Origin: Octopus sinensis
Lineage: Eukaryota
Direction of reading: 5' to 3'
Assembly: GCF_006345805.1 (NCBI RefSeq)
Contig: NC_043000.1
Span: 80,414,001-80,478,000 of the forward strand
DNA: 64,000 bases
Numbering within the stretch: position 1 is the stretch's first letter; the number at the start of each line of letters is the position of its first letter. Position numbers and translations under genes: made by a program. Below the pieces are notes generated by a model. The model was not told the DNA's origin and ran no database searches. It saw only the letters and a list, made by a program, of their open reading frames with translations. Of the stretch, positions 24,033 through 37,843 are shown piece after piece.

Positions 24033-24257
24033 TTAACCCTTTTGTTACCATATTTCTGTTGACATATATTGCCATTGTTTCAATTAATTTTTAAGACGAT
24101 GAAGAATTTAATAAAATAATTACCTCATTATTAAACTGGGGTCCAGAACAAATTAGCATAAAGTTTTCATGGAAGATTATAATTTAGACAATTTAAAACA
24201 GTAAGTTTGTCATAGAACCTGAGGTGGTCTCAGATGTATTGGTATCAAAATAATTAA
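24033..24257. mobile_element. TTAA-flanked (piggyBac-type) MITE, degenerate
   Basis: Starts ttaacccttttgttacc; ends ggtatcaaaataattaa. Confidence 0.45.
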
Positions 24258-25399
24258 CGTGTAAGTTTATTAAGACTTTTATAAAGGACAAGACACTTTT
24301 GCAGAGCTGGGAGCCATGAAAAAAGGATGTAGTACTCTCAGTGAAGAGACTGATATTAGAAATAGAATATTCAGCTATAAAAATCAAATCAAAAATGGAA
24401 TGTGAGTGTGATGAAGTCCTCCACCCTATGTAGGTGAGCAATTCCCTTGGATAAATATTGATTCACACTGCAGTGACCCATCCAACCCATGCAAGTGTGG
24501 AAAGCAGATGTAAAACAATGACGTCAATTATCATTAAGATGAAACTCAATTCAATATGTAAGATGAATATTCAGTGCCTTTAAACCACGTACTCTACAAC
24601 ATACATTGAGCACTCCCGTTTTATTAGTTCAACACAACTCAATGATTATGTGCATGTGTGTGTATGTGTGTGTGCATGTGTGTGTGTGTGCACAGACAGC
24701 CACACAGGAAGATAGATTGATAGATAAGTAGAAAGATAGATAGGTAGATAGATATGTACATACATATCTACTGACAAAAACAAACATATGTTATAGATAT
24801 ATAGAAAACAGAAACAACATGAAAAGCAATAAAAATAAAGATATACATAAATAAATCTCCTACCACCTCCTTCCTCAGTAAAATAAAGCAACTTCGATAA
24901 ATTGCTTATGAAAGAAGTGTACAGAGTAGGTTCAGGGTCTGATGTAGTTGTGGTTAGTGTTTAGAATTTGTGATTCTCCACTACCATTAGTTTCCTATGT
25001 AATTGTTAAATGATACTTATCTATTTTCTCTCTATATACTCTCATATATACATATACATATATCTCTCCTTTACCTTTCTTTTCTCTCCCCTCTCTCCTT
25101 CTTCTCTCTCTCTCTCTCTGTTGAATATACACACACATATACATATATAATATGTGTGTGTATATGACTGTGTGTGAATGTGTACACACATCCATAAAAA
25201 CATACATGTAAACATGTATGCATATATATATATGTGTGTGTATTTTTACACGCACACACATAAACATATGTAGACATACACATATGCAGACATGTAAACA
25301 TACATACACATGTGTGCGTTAATCTTCATTACTTGTCATTTGCCACAAAATGAAAAACGTATAAAATAAAAGAGAAGCTTGGTATGTACTGAAGTACCA

Positions 25400-25815
25400 A
25401 CGTAAATGTGGTTGAAAATAAGTGTTTTGTGTGTGTGTGTGTTTGTGTGTGTGTGTTTGTGTGTGTGTGTGTGCATGTGTGTGCATGTTCCTATTGTAAA
25501 CACATACAAATATATATATGCTCATATGTGTATATGCATGAATGTATATATATATATATATATATATTTATATACACATACATATATAAGTATTTATATA
25601 TGCATACATACACACACACACATATATATATTTATATACACATGTATATATATTTACTCATATGTATATGTATATATATATATATGAATGTACATATATA
25701 TATATGCTTATATATGCATACATTATGAATATATATACAAATATATATATATATATATATATGAATGTACATATATATATATGCTTATATATGCATACAT
25801 TATGAATATATATAC

Positions 25816-25854
<39 letters not shown>

Positions 25855-25950
25855 CATATATATACTTTTATATGCATACATACTATATATTTTATATTAT
25901 AATGTATTGTATATGTTATGTATTCATATACATGAACACATGCATGCACA
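25400..25950. repeat. Compound (TG)n/(TA)n/(CATA)n low-complexity tract with a ~76-bp tandem duplication
   Basis: atgaatgtacatatatatatatgcttatatatgcatacattatgaat occurs at ~25684 and ~25761. Confidence 0.9.
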
Positions 25951-26153
25951 CAGACACACACATTGAAACTAGAAGCAATTACCATTTTTTTGTTTACCAA
26001 TGTCATTTACATATACTTTTTTAATCAAATTTCTTAATATATATTTTATAGGAATATATTAGTGTGTGTGTGTGTGTGTCTGTACATATCTATGTGTATC
26101 TGTTGGCATACAATTATTTGTGTGTATGTTAAAATAATAAATTACTTTCCTTA

Positions 26154-26195
<42 letters not shown>

Positions 26196-26694
26196 AATGA
26201 CAACAACAATAACAACTAGGATGACAAAATACGATGGCAGCAAAAATTTTCACATACATATATCAAATGAAAAGAATGCTGTCATTATCACATTATTGCC
26301 GCCACCCCCATCACCCTCATCATCATTTGACTTCCATCATCCCATGTTGACATGGCCTACACAGATAGTTATGGTCCAAGTCAGGTCTTATTTGAAGTCA
26401 CTGCCCACCTAGGTCAGTCAGATGACCACATTTCTCTTGCACTTTAAATTTTTGACATGTTTTTCTATGGCGAAATGCCCTTCCTAACTCCAGTCACATT
26501 TGAAATCTGTGGGGTGCATTTTATGGTTGCACAAGCACTGGAGAGGTTGTTTTGTTTGTCTTAGTAAACTCAAGAAGGACCATCTTCACTATGTTCTACT
26601 CATTTCTTTATTCCTTTCTTTCCCATATTGTTGGGTGTGAAAAGATTCACAGTTGGAGGATAATAGTGGAGGAATGGAAAAGATCCAGAGGGAA

Positions 26695-26733
<39 letters not shown>

Positions 26734-26845
26734 ACAACTACATAATCATTGTTGGTAAGCAGCAACATTACAGAAAATGATAGAAGAGAGTGAAGCAGGG
26801 TACCTGGGTAACAAAGAGGCTATCATGAAGGAAAGGAATGAAATG

Positions 26846-26901
<56 letters not shown>

Positions 26902-29264
26902 CAGTTACCTTATGGTTACTGGTAAAGAGATTAAATAGAACAGCATAACTAAGGAAGATATATGAGTAAATAATCTGTGTTTGACTGAATCTGCTAATGC
27001 AGCATAATGAGGCAAGAATTAGATAGGAAAAAGACATGGTCAGAGAGAAAAATGTAAAACAAATAAAATGGCATCCATATTGATAAATATATGTCTTGTC
27101 TGAGATACCACAAAATTCATTTACACGTAATGAACTGCATATATTCCATAAATATACTTCAATTCAAGTATATACCCCATTTCTTCATAAGAAATATATA
27201 ACAAATATACGTATGTATACAGATTTGTTTGTATGTTTGCACATATGCATTACTCAGAAAACCATTTCCTGATATCTAATCTATTTAATAAGTGTTCTGT
27301 AATTGGACATTTTTTAATTGTATGGATGGATAGATGAAACAAAATTGCTATGGCTTTATATATGGGTGAATTATGCAATGAAATTTGTTGCTGATCTAAT
27401 ATAAAAACAATACTCTAAGAATCATATTTGCCATATTTGTACAAAACTTTATAACTTTCTTTGAAATGAATGAGTTGAATACGGTAAATATCATGTTTCT
27501 ATTTACTTTCAACTCACTACTGACTTCCTAATGATCCTAGGTCAAGAACAAAAGAAAAAAGCACACTGCAATTCTACAATGGATAAGGTTTAGGAAATGG
27601 TCCCTCTATTAAATTGGTTCATTCAATGTCTGGCCTGTTTGACCTGAACTGTCAAATAAAACCCAGTGATCCATAGTAAAGTTGGGGAAATTTGACAATT
27701 GATCTCTGACTTGAGCATTGAAGTAATGAACATTAAAGCAAAAATCTGTACAGAATCTCATAAAGAGGAAACATATTGGAATGCTTTGCATACAAACCTG
27801 TCCACAGCTGTAGCTAAATACAGGTGCATTAAGAAAGCAACTGATCTGAAACACATGATGTAAATTCTATTCAGAAAAATCATTGGTTTATGGGTATTTG
27901 CTGATAACTCATCCAAGGACTTCAGCTTATCAAAAAAGTGTTCTCTGCCTCAGACTAGTTAGATTAAGTTTGTTTAGTTCTACTGAGGCTCATGGATGCC
28001 AATTAAAAACCTCTGATAAGGTTAGACATAAAAATCAATTTGATTATTGAATTTCACCTAATTTATCACCTAGCTTGTATATTTGTGGTCACCATGTTTG
28101 CAGTTGTGGGTATCTGTGCATTTGCTGAAGATCATCATTGCATGGTTGGCCATGAGAAAATGATACTGTATCCTTTAATTGAATGGAAGATCAAGCTAGC
28201 TGCATGTAACATAAAGAAGGCAAAATTGTGAACTTTCAACCATATTTTATTGATATGAAACTGTGCATTTAAATATACAAATTATCACAGATTCACTGGT
28301 TATCAGAATAGCAAATAGGAATAGATTTATATGTTGACTTAGACATTAGTTATCTGGAAGAGAAAACTGCAGATACAATAACCACCATACATTGTTGAAG
28401 CTTAGAGAAGAGTACCATGATGTGTCTTGTTCAAAGACTAGCTGAGGTCTTTTGTGATTTGTCTTGCTTGAAGGCTAGCTGTGATCTACCATGATTCAGG
28501 CCCTAAACTCTGCTTAACTAGGACTAAAAAGCATGAAATTCTGGAATATTCAAGAAGCCATCTACACCACACCTTCACACTGATTGGTCGATTCTCATGA
28601 TTACAAACTAATAAAATCGCAGATGAAGCCAACAGTCTTCTCCAAGTGATTTACAATGGAGAAGAGAAAGCGAGAAAAGAAAAAATGGAGTAACAAAATG
28701 GCAAAATTACATACAAGTACAAAATGGCAACACAAGTACAAAAACATGAATAGAATAAAGCATAAATGATGAGATAAATTTCATTATCTGTAATAATGAT
28801 TATAGCAATAATTTTGTTATATACACAAATAGTTTTGAAGTTCTTTGTTTTACAACCATAAAAAATTTTCTTTTTGTTAAAAAACGTACGTCAGTATATT
28901 TAATTGGCCAATGAATTTTCTACCACTTTTGTTCACTCTGTCTGTTTGAGGTGCAACAGTGTTGTTAGTAAATGTATCATTTTCTTGTTTAGGTTGTTCA
29001 GGTGAGGCAGATGATGAAGAAGATTGTTGTGGAGGGGTATTAATTCAACAAAGACTTTCTTGAGTTTATCAATATTGACAGTCTTCTGTCTTTCTTGTAT
29101 GTCTAGGACCATATATTTTTGATTAACTTTGGGAATGCTATACTGGAATAAACTATGTGCAAAGAATGCTTTACTTTATCTTTCCACACGAAGACATTAG
29201 TTCAGATATATATGTCATACAGAACAAAAGTTTTAATTGACTGTGGTCTTGCAAGAGATGGAGG

Positions 29265-29640
29265 TAACTTTGCTATGGAACCTTGCAATCATTGAATATA
29301 GCTGGCAGGATCATGCTGTTGATTAGTTGTTGCAACTACTATTTGACTAGGTAGTGTAAGTGCTCAACCATATGGTAATTCTGCCAAGGAGTAACCTAGG
29401 TCTTCGTTAATAATGGTTCATAAACTTAGTAACACACTCGACAGGGCTTTCAGCCATCTATCCAAATTGGTATATGCTTGTAAAGCTGCTTTAAGCTGGT
29501 GAGGGAAACGTTCTGTCATTCTTTGAAACCTGAGGTGACAGACTGCAGTATGAGCTCATTCCATACCCAACAGATTAGCTAAGTCAGTGGAAAGACTGGA
29601 TTCAAACTAATGACCTCTGTGGGTCGTTATTGTAGTAGGT
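29265..29640 (-). mobile_element. Ty3/Gypsy integrase core pseudogene fragment
   Basis: HRGH*FESSLSTDLANLLGME*AHTAVCH...ERFPHQLKAAL...W...SVLL...INEDLGYSLAELPYG. Confidence 0.8.
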
Positions 29641-29819
29641 GTACTGAAGCATGAAATCAATTTGGCCATTAGAGCCTTTGTGACAATAAAGGATGAAGTA
29701 TTCTTGATAGGAAAAGCATCAGGCCATTTGGAAAAACAGTCTATACAGTTCAAGAGATATTTAATCCTGTACAGGGGTTAAAGAATCAACAATATTTATG
29801 TGAATATATTTAACCCATT

Positions 29820-30029
29820 GCGCTGAAAAGTGGTACTGACTGCATTGAAACACTGTGTGAGCAGTGTGATGTCTCACTTTGTGCAGCAACATGTTTTCAA
29901 ATATACCACACTGAGAAGGATCTGTAAATACACTAAAATTCATAGTATGAAAAATATCTAGTTACTAAACAGCGTATTATTGGTACACAGTATAGACTGT
30001 CAGTACTAAATTTGTCTGCAAAGAGTTAA
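29820..30029 (+). mobile_element. piggyBac 3' end (cysteine-rich C-terminal domain plus TIR)
   Basis: CEQCDVSLCAATCFQIYHT, then terminus gcaaagag-TTAA. Confidence 0.7.
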
Positions 30030-31097
30030 AACAAATGTCACAAGTAGTAAATGTGCCCAACAGTGCCTTGATGTGGCAGTGATATTAAGCTTTTTGGCAG
30101 GATATACAATGTCATACCCAATTATGAATATCCTTCTGAAGGCATGGTAAAAGTAAAAGTGGGTTGAAATCAGTTTCCCTGTTGCTGAAATACCAAGATA
30201 AATAAATTATGAAAGGCTGAAAAACTTTCTGTATGGTTTTCCAAGACATAAGGTCTAGAAAATCCAGTAGAAAATTACACCATATTTGGGAAGATAGTGA
30301 CATTTGATTTGTGGATACTGGGCTGATATTTTTAGCCTTTGGAATTTGTGTGTAGAGGGAATGTTGCTTAACCTCAAGTCAAACTTTATCCAGCAGACCT
30401 TTAATCAAAGTAATACCAGCCATTACCATCCCATCATATTTCTTTCAGATTAGGCTACATTGTGCAATGTACTCTTCCTTGTTCACTGTTATATGAAGGA
30501 GATTTGACTATTAATTCAGCACACAAGCACAGTGACTCTTCTCACTGCCTTTTCTATCACTGCTATAATAGCCTTTGTTTCTTGTAGATGACTGCGCTCA
30601 CACCACTTTCATTCCAACACTCCTGGCTCAAACATCTCCTTCCCTCCCATCACCCCTGATGTGTCTTCCCTCTAACTTTGTGCTAATCACTGCTAACTAG
30701 TCTCTTTTTTCTCCCCAGAATTTTGGCTCTTGTAATTTCCCTCTCTGCTCATATTTTTCCTGCAGATGTTGACTACCAAAATTTCAAAAGGAATATTAAT
30801 GGCATCCAGGGGTGTATATTCTGGTTGATCTAGGTGTGCACTGCACATCCACGAAAATGGCAAAGTCATTATAAATATTAACTTTATTCATTAATTTAAT
30901 CCTAAATGTTAATGGAAAACGTTTGTTATACCCCTGCTTGAAATTTGGTGGCATTGTGGGTGGCAGCATACCCAATACAACAACCACCATATGCTACTGA
31001 TGTTATTGGAAATGCTACTGATGGTATTGGAAATCAACAAGTAACACAAAAAGAAAAGAAAAAATCAAACACTCATAGGTTGACATTGTTGTTTGCT

Positions 31098-31310
31098 TAA
31101 TCCTTTGACATTCAGATTGCTCTGTCAAATGCAATGGTTATTTAATCACATTGCATTCGTTAATCATGCATTATCTCATAGTTTTGAGATGTTGATGACA
31201 TGGTTGTATACTTTTAGAATGACATTGTAGGATAGATGTGAGAGGTTGGATCTGGCCAATTTGAACAGAAAACAGGTAGAATATTTTGGGCCAGATACGA
31301 TGGTTTAAAT
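31098..31310. mobile_element. Degenerate TTAA-type MITE
   Basis: ttaatcctttgacattcagattgctctgtcaaatg...ggtttaaat; resembles a family recalled from octopus sequence. Confidence 0.4.
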
Positions 31311-31744
31311 CCGATCAGCCATTATCTAACAGACTTAAGGTTAAAGATGTTCCAGCATTGACTATCCTATCTTTTCCTCATTCAGACATAATGCATTAGC
31401 TAATCTAATATTCCTTGTTATTGTTGTTGTTAAGCCCAAATTAACCTTGACTTAATAGACTTATGAGCAAAGAGGTTCCAGTTGTGGCCATCCATATTTT
31501 ATTCATAAACTGTGTATATCCAACGTGCTCTCCTTTGTTGTTAATATTTAACTCCAGGTCAGCCCTGATCCTGCACACCTATTATCAAAAGTGTTCCATT
31601 TGTAACTATACAGTTCCTTTTACAGGCCTAGTGTATCAAGGGCTGCATTTCCAGTGTGTCCTTCCAAATATAAAATAGTAGAATGATTACAGGATTCTAG
31701 AATGTGGTGTGTGTGTGTGTGTGTATAAGTGCTGATCCATATAG

Positions 31745-31990
31745 TACGTCTGCCAGGGAGTAATCTATGTCTTCGTTAATAATGATACATAAGCCTAGTA
31801 ACACACTTGACAGGGCTTTCAACCATCTATCCAAATTGGTATCTGCTTGTAAAGCTGCTTTAAGCTAGTGGTGAAAGCATTCTGTTATTCCTGGAAACCT
31901 GAGGTGATAAACTGCAGTATGAGCTCATTCCATACCTAACAGATTAGTTAAGTCAGTGAAAAGACTGGATTGAAACTGATGACCTCTGTA
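31745..31990 (-). mobile_element. Second Gypsy integrase fragment, paralogous to 29380-29625
   Basis: RGHQFQSSLFTDLTNLLGME*AHTAVYH...LKAALQADTNLDRWLKALSSVLLG. Confidence 0.8.
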
Positions 31991-31994
31991 TGTG

Positions 31995-32128
<134 letters not shown>

Positions 32129-32402
32129 CACAAGATCTGATCAAAAAGTACTAAGACTGTTGCTATAGTAACGGGGGTTAAGTATACAGAGTTAAGCCAC
32201 TTGGCACAAATTGATCGTGAACTCTGTTGCACAAGCACACTAAGTTATAACATTCTCATTCACTTCCATTGCTTATAGCAGTGCCTGGAAGTAAAGTGTG
32301 TAGAGGTGTGGTTGACTCAGTCACCATACTACAGTGGTTCCATCAGTGACCACGACAGAGAAAATATGAATTTGCGTGTGTGAATGCATATGTGAAAAGA
32401 GA

Positions 32403-32550
32403 TTTTAAGACGTTGAGGAAATCCAAAAGAATGCAATGCGAAACTTGGTTACTATACCAAAAAAGGAGTTCAAGGAATGTTCCTATCAATGGAAATGATA
32501 CTGAATAAAGTGTGTGGCTTCAGAAGGGGACTGCTTTGAAGGAGATTACG
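32403..32550 (+). mobile_element. Mariner transposase C-terminal fragment
   Basis: DVEEIQKNAMRNLVTIPKKEFKECSYQWK*Y*IKCVASEGDCFEGD. Confidence 0.75.
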
Positions 32551-33880
32551 AGCCAAATTGTTATCTGTTGTTGTCTTCTTTTTATGACACTAGTTCCAAA
32601 ATTTTTTGATCAGACCGTGTGTGTGAGTACATGTGTGGTAATCAGCATCAATTTATTTAGTGTCTTTTGTGTTATTTCCTTGTTGATCTTCTTATATCTT
32701 TAGTTTAGCTTTTTATTTGTTATTGTTGTTTTACATTACAGGAAAGACTTTTTTTAACAATTGAATTTTCATAGGGGAATATAAGGTTTACATCCCTCTT
32801 TCTCACACCCTCTCTCATCCCTCTCTCTCTCTTCTCTTTCTTCTCTCTTTCCCTCTTTCTTTGCTTCGACTAATACAACTCAAATGTGTATGTGTGGATA
32901 TGTATGTACATAAGTGTATGTATACATAGATGCATGTATGTGTGTGTATGTGGGAGTGTGTTAGAATGTACCTATTTGTTAGGACAATAAATACCACAAA
33001 CCAAATAAATAAAAGAACACAATGTTCTGATGCAGCATGAGTAATTTTTTTTATTTAATTAGGCTCTCAGTTGTACAAATTGTTTCATTCCTCAAGGGAA
33101 TTTTTCATAGTATTAGCTGAGTATTAGAAATTTTTCATGTACATCTATCAAACTGTCTCTCTATCTTTCTATGTATAATATATGTGTGTGTACATATATA
33201 ATATATATGTATGTATATATCCCTATGTGCATATATATGAGTGTGAATATATATATATATGTAAAATTGGAAAAGAAAGGAGAACAATGAAGGTGGGGGA
33301 ATGATGCAGTGCATAGAGTAGAGTGTAATGGTCTAATGGGAGAGTTATTAGTAGAAAATTATTGAACTCTCTTTTGGGATAAAGATAAACAATGTAATTA
33401 CTGTTGCAATGTTTAAAAAATAAATCATTCATTCAATTAGTTATAACAAGGAAATAAGTATACCATGCTAATTTTTAAATAACAGTTATCAGAAGAAAGA
33501 TGTGTTTTTCTTTATGGAGTGATTTTTTTAAAAAACCTTAGGAGTAGTAATTTATATGCTAAGCTGTAAAATTTCTAATATGTACGGGAAAAGTAAAGAT
33601 TTCTTATTTATTATGTTTTACTTTTTAATTGTTTTGATAATGGCCATATTAAGGCATTTCTTTGAAAGGTTTTAGCAAACAAATAGACTCCTAGTTCTTA
33701 TTTTCTTAAAATCCTGGTACTTATTTCATTGGTCCCCTATCTTTGCTGAACTGCTAATCACTGCTGTCAAGTGGTGGGTGAGGGACAAATGCAATCACAA
33801 AGACACTCACACCTAGATGACATATAATTAAGTGTGTGTGTGTGTGTGCATATGTGTGTGTCTGTGCTGTGTCTGTGTGT

Positions 33881-34197
33881 ATGGCTGTGTGGTAAGAAGC
33901 TTACTTTCCAAATACATGGTTTTGGGTTTAGTTCAGCAACTTGGCACCTGACACCTTGGGCAAGTGTCTTCTACCATACTCTCAGGTTGACCAAACCTTT
34001 TGAGTGGATTTGGTAGATAGAAACCGAAAGAAGCCTGTTGTATGTGTGTGTGTGCGTGTGTCTGTGCTTGTCCGGTTCAGCAAGAGACCAATAAAAAGAT
34101 TTAAAAAATAAGTACTGAGGTCGATTCATTCAACTAAAATCCCTCAAGGTGGTACCCCAGCATGGCCACTGTCTGATGACTGAAACAAGTAAAAGAT
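33881..34197 (+). mobile_element. tRNA-derived SINE, internally deleted
   Basis: tggctgtgtggtaagaagc...gacaccttgggcaagtgtcttc...gactgaaacaagtaaaaga. Confidence 0.8.
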
Positions 34198-34539
34198 ACA
34201 TATACAATCATCATCATCATCGTTTAAGGTCAGTGTTCCATGCTAGCATGTGTCAAACATATATATATATATATAATAATAATAATATAAATAATATATA
34301 AATATATGCATATATACATACATATATGTATATATACATGCATATATGGGTATAGGACATAAAAATAACGTTGAACACAATGAGAAACGAAAACATAAAA
34401 ATAAAAACATAGAAAACGAACTTTATTTCGAACAACGGAAAAAACAAACAGAGAAACGAGACATGCAGCATAAAGAATATTCTCCTTCATCAGTTGTCCT
34501 TGTTTCATCTACTCCATGTTTCAAAGGTAAGGAGATTGT

Positions 34540-34735
34540 CTAGAAGAGCTGTAGGAGTTTCTGAAGTCGTCTGGAGGATATAGTTGAAGCCAATGGTGAT
34601 TTTATTGAATAAACTTACTCTTTAGTTTTTCAAAATATTTTTATGTAATTTTGGTAAATATATCTGTTAAAATGAGATGTCAGCGCTATTTTCATTTTTG
34701 CGTAAATTAGACAATTTAGTCATCGCACCTTGTGT
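34540..34735. mobile_element. Terminal fragment of the 15298-16172 Tc1/mariner family, inverted
   Basis: Reverse complement of ~15298-15490, ending cgcaccttgTA. Confidence 0.7.
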
Positions 34736-35617
34736 ATACAACAGGCTTCTTTCAGTTTTCATCTACCAAATCCACCTGCAAGAATTTGGTCAGTCCTGGA
34801 TTTTAGTAGAATACCTTTGCTTGTGGTGCCACACAGTGATCTCAGAACCACGTGGTTCTTGCCACACAGCCATGCCTGCATCTATTAGGTTATTAAAATC
34901 TAAAGGGTTGATCGAGATGTACATATGTAAATAAGAAAGTTGTGTAGGAAAAGACACAAACTGCCTTAGTTTTAAGCTTAAATGTATGTGTAAATCAAAT
35001 GAAATATTGGTTGTGGGGTTATCTGATATGATTTAATGTGTAAAACAAATGTGAGAAAGTACATTAAGCTAATTTAATATGCTGTGTATAAAATTATGAA
35101 GTTAGCAATTTTAGGCTTCAGAAGTCAATTGTTAAGCTTTTATATTTGAACAGTGAAAAGAATGAAAAATATTGAGAGATAACTAACAAATACTAGTTGT
35201 GTGATATGGATGTAAATGAAGAAATAAGTAGAAAAATTATAAACATGCATAAACAAATATTTGAAAATTATAAAAGGGAAGTAAATAATGGATGGAAAAC
35301 GAAGAATAAAAGCATGAAATATAAAAGATAAATAAATAATAAAATGTAAAAACTGAATAAACAGTTCAAGATAGCAGTTACAGAGGCAATATGACTGAAT
35401 AAACAAGTACAGAAGCTCTGGAGTGTGTGCATATATATTTGTAATGATATTATGTAAAAGTATAAAAGTAATATAGACACAATTACACCTCACCACCTCA
35501 CATGCATATATATATATATAATGGGAAGCTTTATGAAAATAAACAAAAGACGAAGGCAGGTGGAGTAGAAACAAGCAATTGTATTAGTATGGCGCTCAGG
35601 AATATAAATAAAACAAG

Positions 35618-35655
35618 TCTTTTACGTTTCGAGCCTACGCTCTTCAACAGAAAGA
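35618..35655 (-). ncRNA. Degenerate minimal hammerhead ribozyme in a Penelope-like tail (35515-35700)
   Basis: tcttt-CTGTTGA-a-gagc gtag gctc-GAAA-CGT-A-aaaga; A6 replaced by U; related truncated copy at ~48824-48940. Confidence 0.5.
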
Positions 35656-35805
35656 TACACAGAAAAGAAACATGGAGAGAAACAAGGAGAGAAAAAAAAT
35701 GCGTGCAGAGCTAGCGATTCAATACACACTCACATACTTATATATGTAGATAAATATATACATTACATACATACATATATATATATGTATGTATATATGT
35801 ATGTA

Positions 35806-35846
<41 letters not shown>

Positions 35847-35851
<5 letters not shown>

Positions 35852-36150
35852 GTCTCCAAAAATGTATACACAATTTAACAGATGATAACTTACTTAAAAT
35901 TAATTTCTTATTAGATTTAACCCATCAAAAATAATGGTGAGAACTAGACTGAGCTTTGAACGATGGAAAGTTATCCTAAAGGTCTACAGAAGGTTTACTA
36001 TCATAGTTGAAGTGCAGAGACAGTTTAGAATGGCACTTCAAACAGATCCCCCTATGTGACTTACCATCACTTCAGTTAGATATAATAAGATTGAAGCTCA
36101 TGATACTGTTCAGAATGTTCATAAGATGCATTGTAGAGCACTGGCAAGCA
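35847..36150 (+). mobile_element. Tc1-like transposon 5' remnant (TIR plus HTH region)
   Basis: ttggatgtctccaaaaatgtatacac TIR-like start; RWKVILKVYRRF..IVEVQRQF...DPP..TI. Confidence 0.5.
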
Positions 36151-36189
36151 GATTTTGTTTGAGAGAATCCACTCAGACCCAGGGAAGGT

Positions 36190-36700
36190 CGCTAATACTG
36201 TTCCCAGAGACTGTGTTAAGCTCACTGCTTTTCATTCTATACATAAGTGACATGATAACTGCCCTCATATACAACAGAATAAAAATGTTCAGAAAGTTAG
36301 TAACAGGAAAAAGTAACTGAATAAAATTTTGGTCTTATCTACATGTTGTTAGCTCAGAAAAAATGATATGTTTAGACAACAGTGTTCTCCTCCCTCCAGA
36401 GAATCATTCAGAAACTTAATAGAAATTGTAGGTGGGAACCTCAATTGGAGTGTCCACTTCAACAATTATGTTGAAATGGTATTGCAGAGGCCTAGATGTC
36501 ACCATGCCCTTTTCTTCTTCATTTGTACAACTACAAGTAGATTGTTGTAGCTCTTGTGGTTTTCCCATATTAAACAGACCATTATGAGAACTGACATGCT
36601 CGGGAAGGTAATTACAAAAAATACAAACACTCAGACCCAAACTCCTCCAGTACCACTGTGAATGCTGCCTTATCTGGAAAATGCACTATGGTATCAGCCA
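36190..36700 (+). mobile_element. Degenerate CR1/L2-like RT fragment
   Basis: VP.ETVLSSLLFILYISDM; RNLIEIVGGNLNWSVHFN; LRPKL..CCLIW. Confidence 0.6.
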
Positions 36701-37843
36701 AATGATCTCAACATCAAGTTTGAAATGCCATTAACATAAATGACTCACTTTAAATAACCACATTGCAAAACAACAATTTTGCTTCAAGCAAACCTGCCTT
36801 TATTGAACGCTATCCTGAAAGAAATTAGGGAAGAAATAGGCCTAATAATTTTCGAACGGTAAATGAAGGGATTTCTCCAAGGAATAGTTACCTGCCAGTA
36901 ACTTAATACATTTCAGTTTATACCAATTCCTTATTTGAGAGGTTACATGAAATATGACCTAAACATGACTCAAGGAACTTCACCAGTTGGTGTTATTGAC
37001 ATGGCCTTGGCATAGCTTAGCAGTAACTTAGCTAAGTTTATCTAAGTTTATGAACAATATACATGTTGGTGTGTATGTCCACCCACACACACACTCACAC
37101 CCACAGACATTGAGATACATGCATATCTAATTACACTTATGCATACTTATACACATACAAAAACATATAAATACATATACACATACACATGTTTATGTGC
37201 AAGTGCAAATATACATATACTTACATATATTTAAATGCAATCATGCATTTCTAAGCATATGCAGACATATGAATATAAGAAGTTATGCAGATGCATGCAT
37301 ATATAAATGCAGGTATAGTTGCATTTATTTATATTAGCATACATATAGATAAAACCATTCGTCAGAGGAAAACATGAAAAATGATTTATGTGCAGTTATA
37401 GGACAAGTTATGTGTGTGTGTGTGTGGGGGGGTGTTATGATCGAGTGTTTATGTGTTGCATATATGATCTTTATATATGTATATGTGAAGACATTTTGAT
37501 AACTAGATAGTAGATAAATAAATTGATAGCTAGACAGACAGACAGACAGACAAAAAGATTGATAGATAGTTATGGGTTTTAGTGTACAAGTAAATATATG
37601 TGTATGTATGAGTATGTGTATGTTTGTGTACATATACTTACACACATACAAGAAATACCAGATAAGCCACCCATAATTGGATACAACTCACCCAACAAAA
37701 ACTCACTACTTGAATGGACCATAAACAAAACTTGACTTAAACAGGATTTAGATAATCCTATCAGGTGTTGCTATTAAGTTAGACATGGCCTGGACCAATC
37801 TTTGGTCGAAACAGATCTAAGTTTATCTAAGTTTATATATATA

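Noticed and set aside
30760-30830. Acceptor-like tttttcctgcag followed by DVDYQNFKRNINGIQG
   Set aside because: No strong donor before stops; overlaps a weak short inverted repeat
36575-36615. Apparent 30-nt microexon (cag|ACCATT...GGGAAG|gtaatt)
   Set aside because: It lies within a degenerate CR1/L2 RT fragment, so the splice signals are likely incidental
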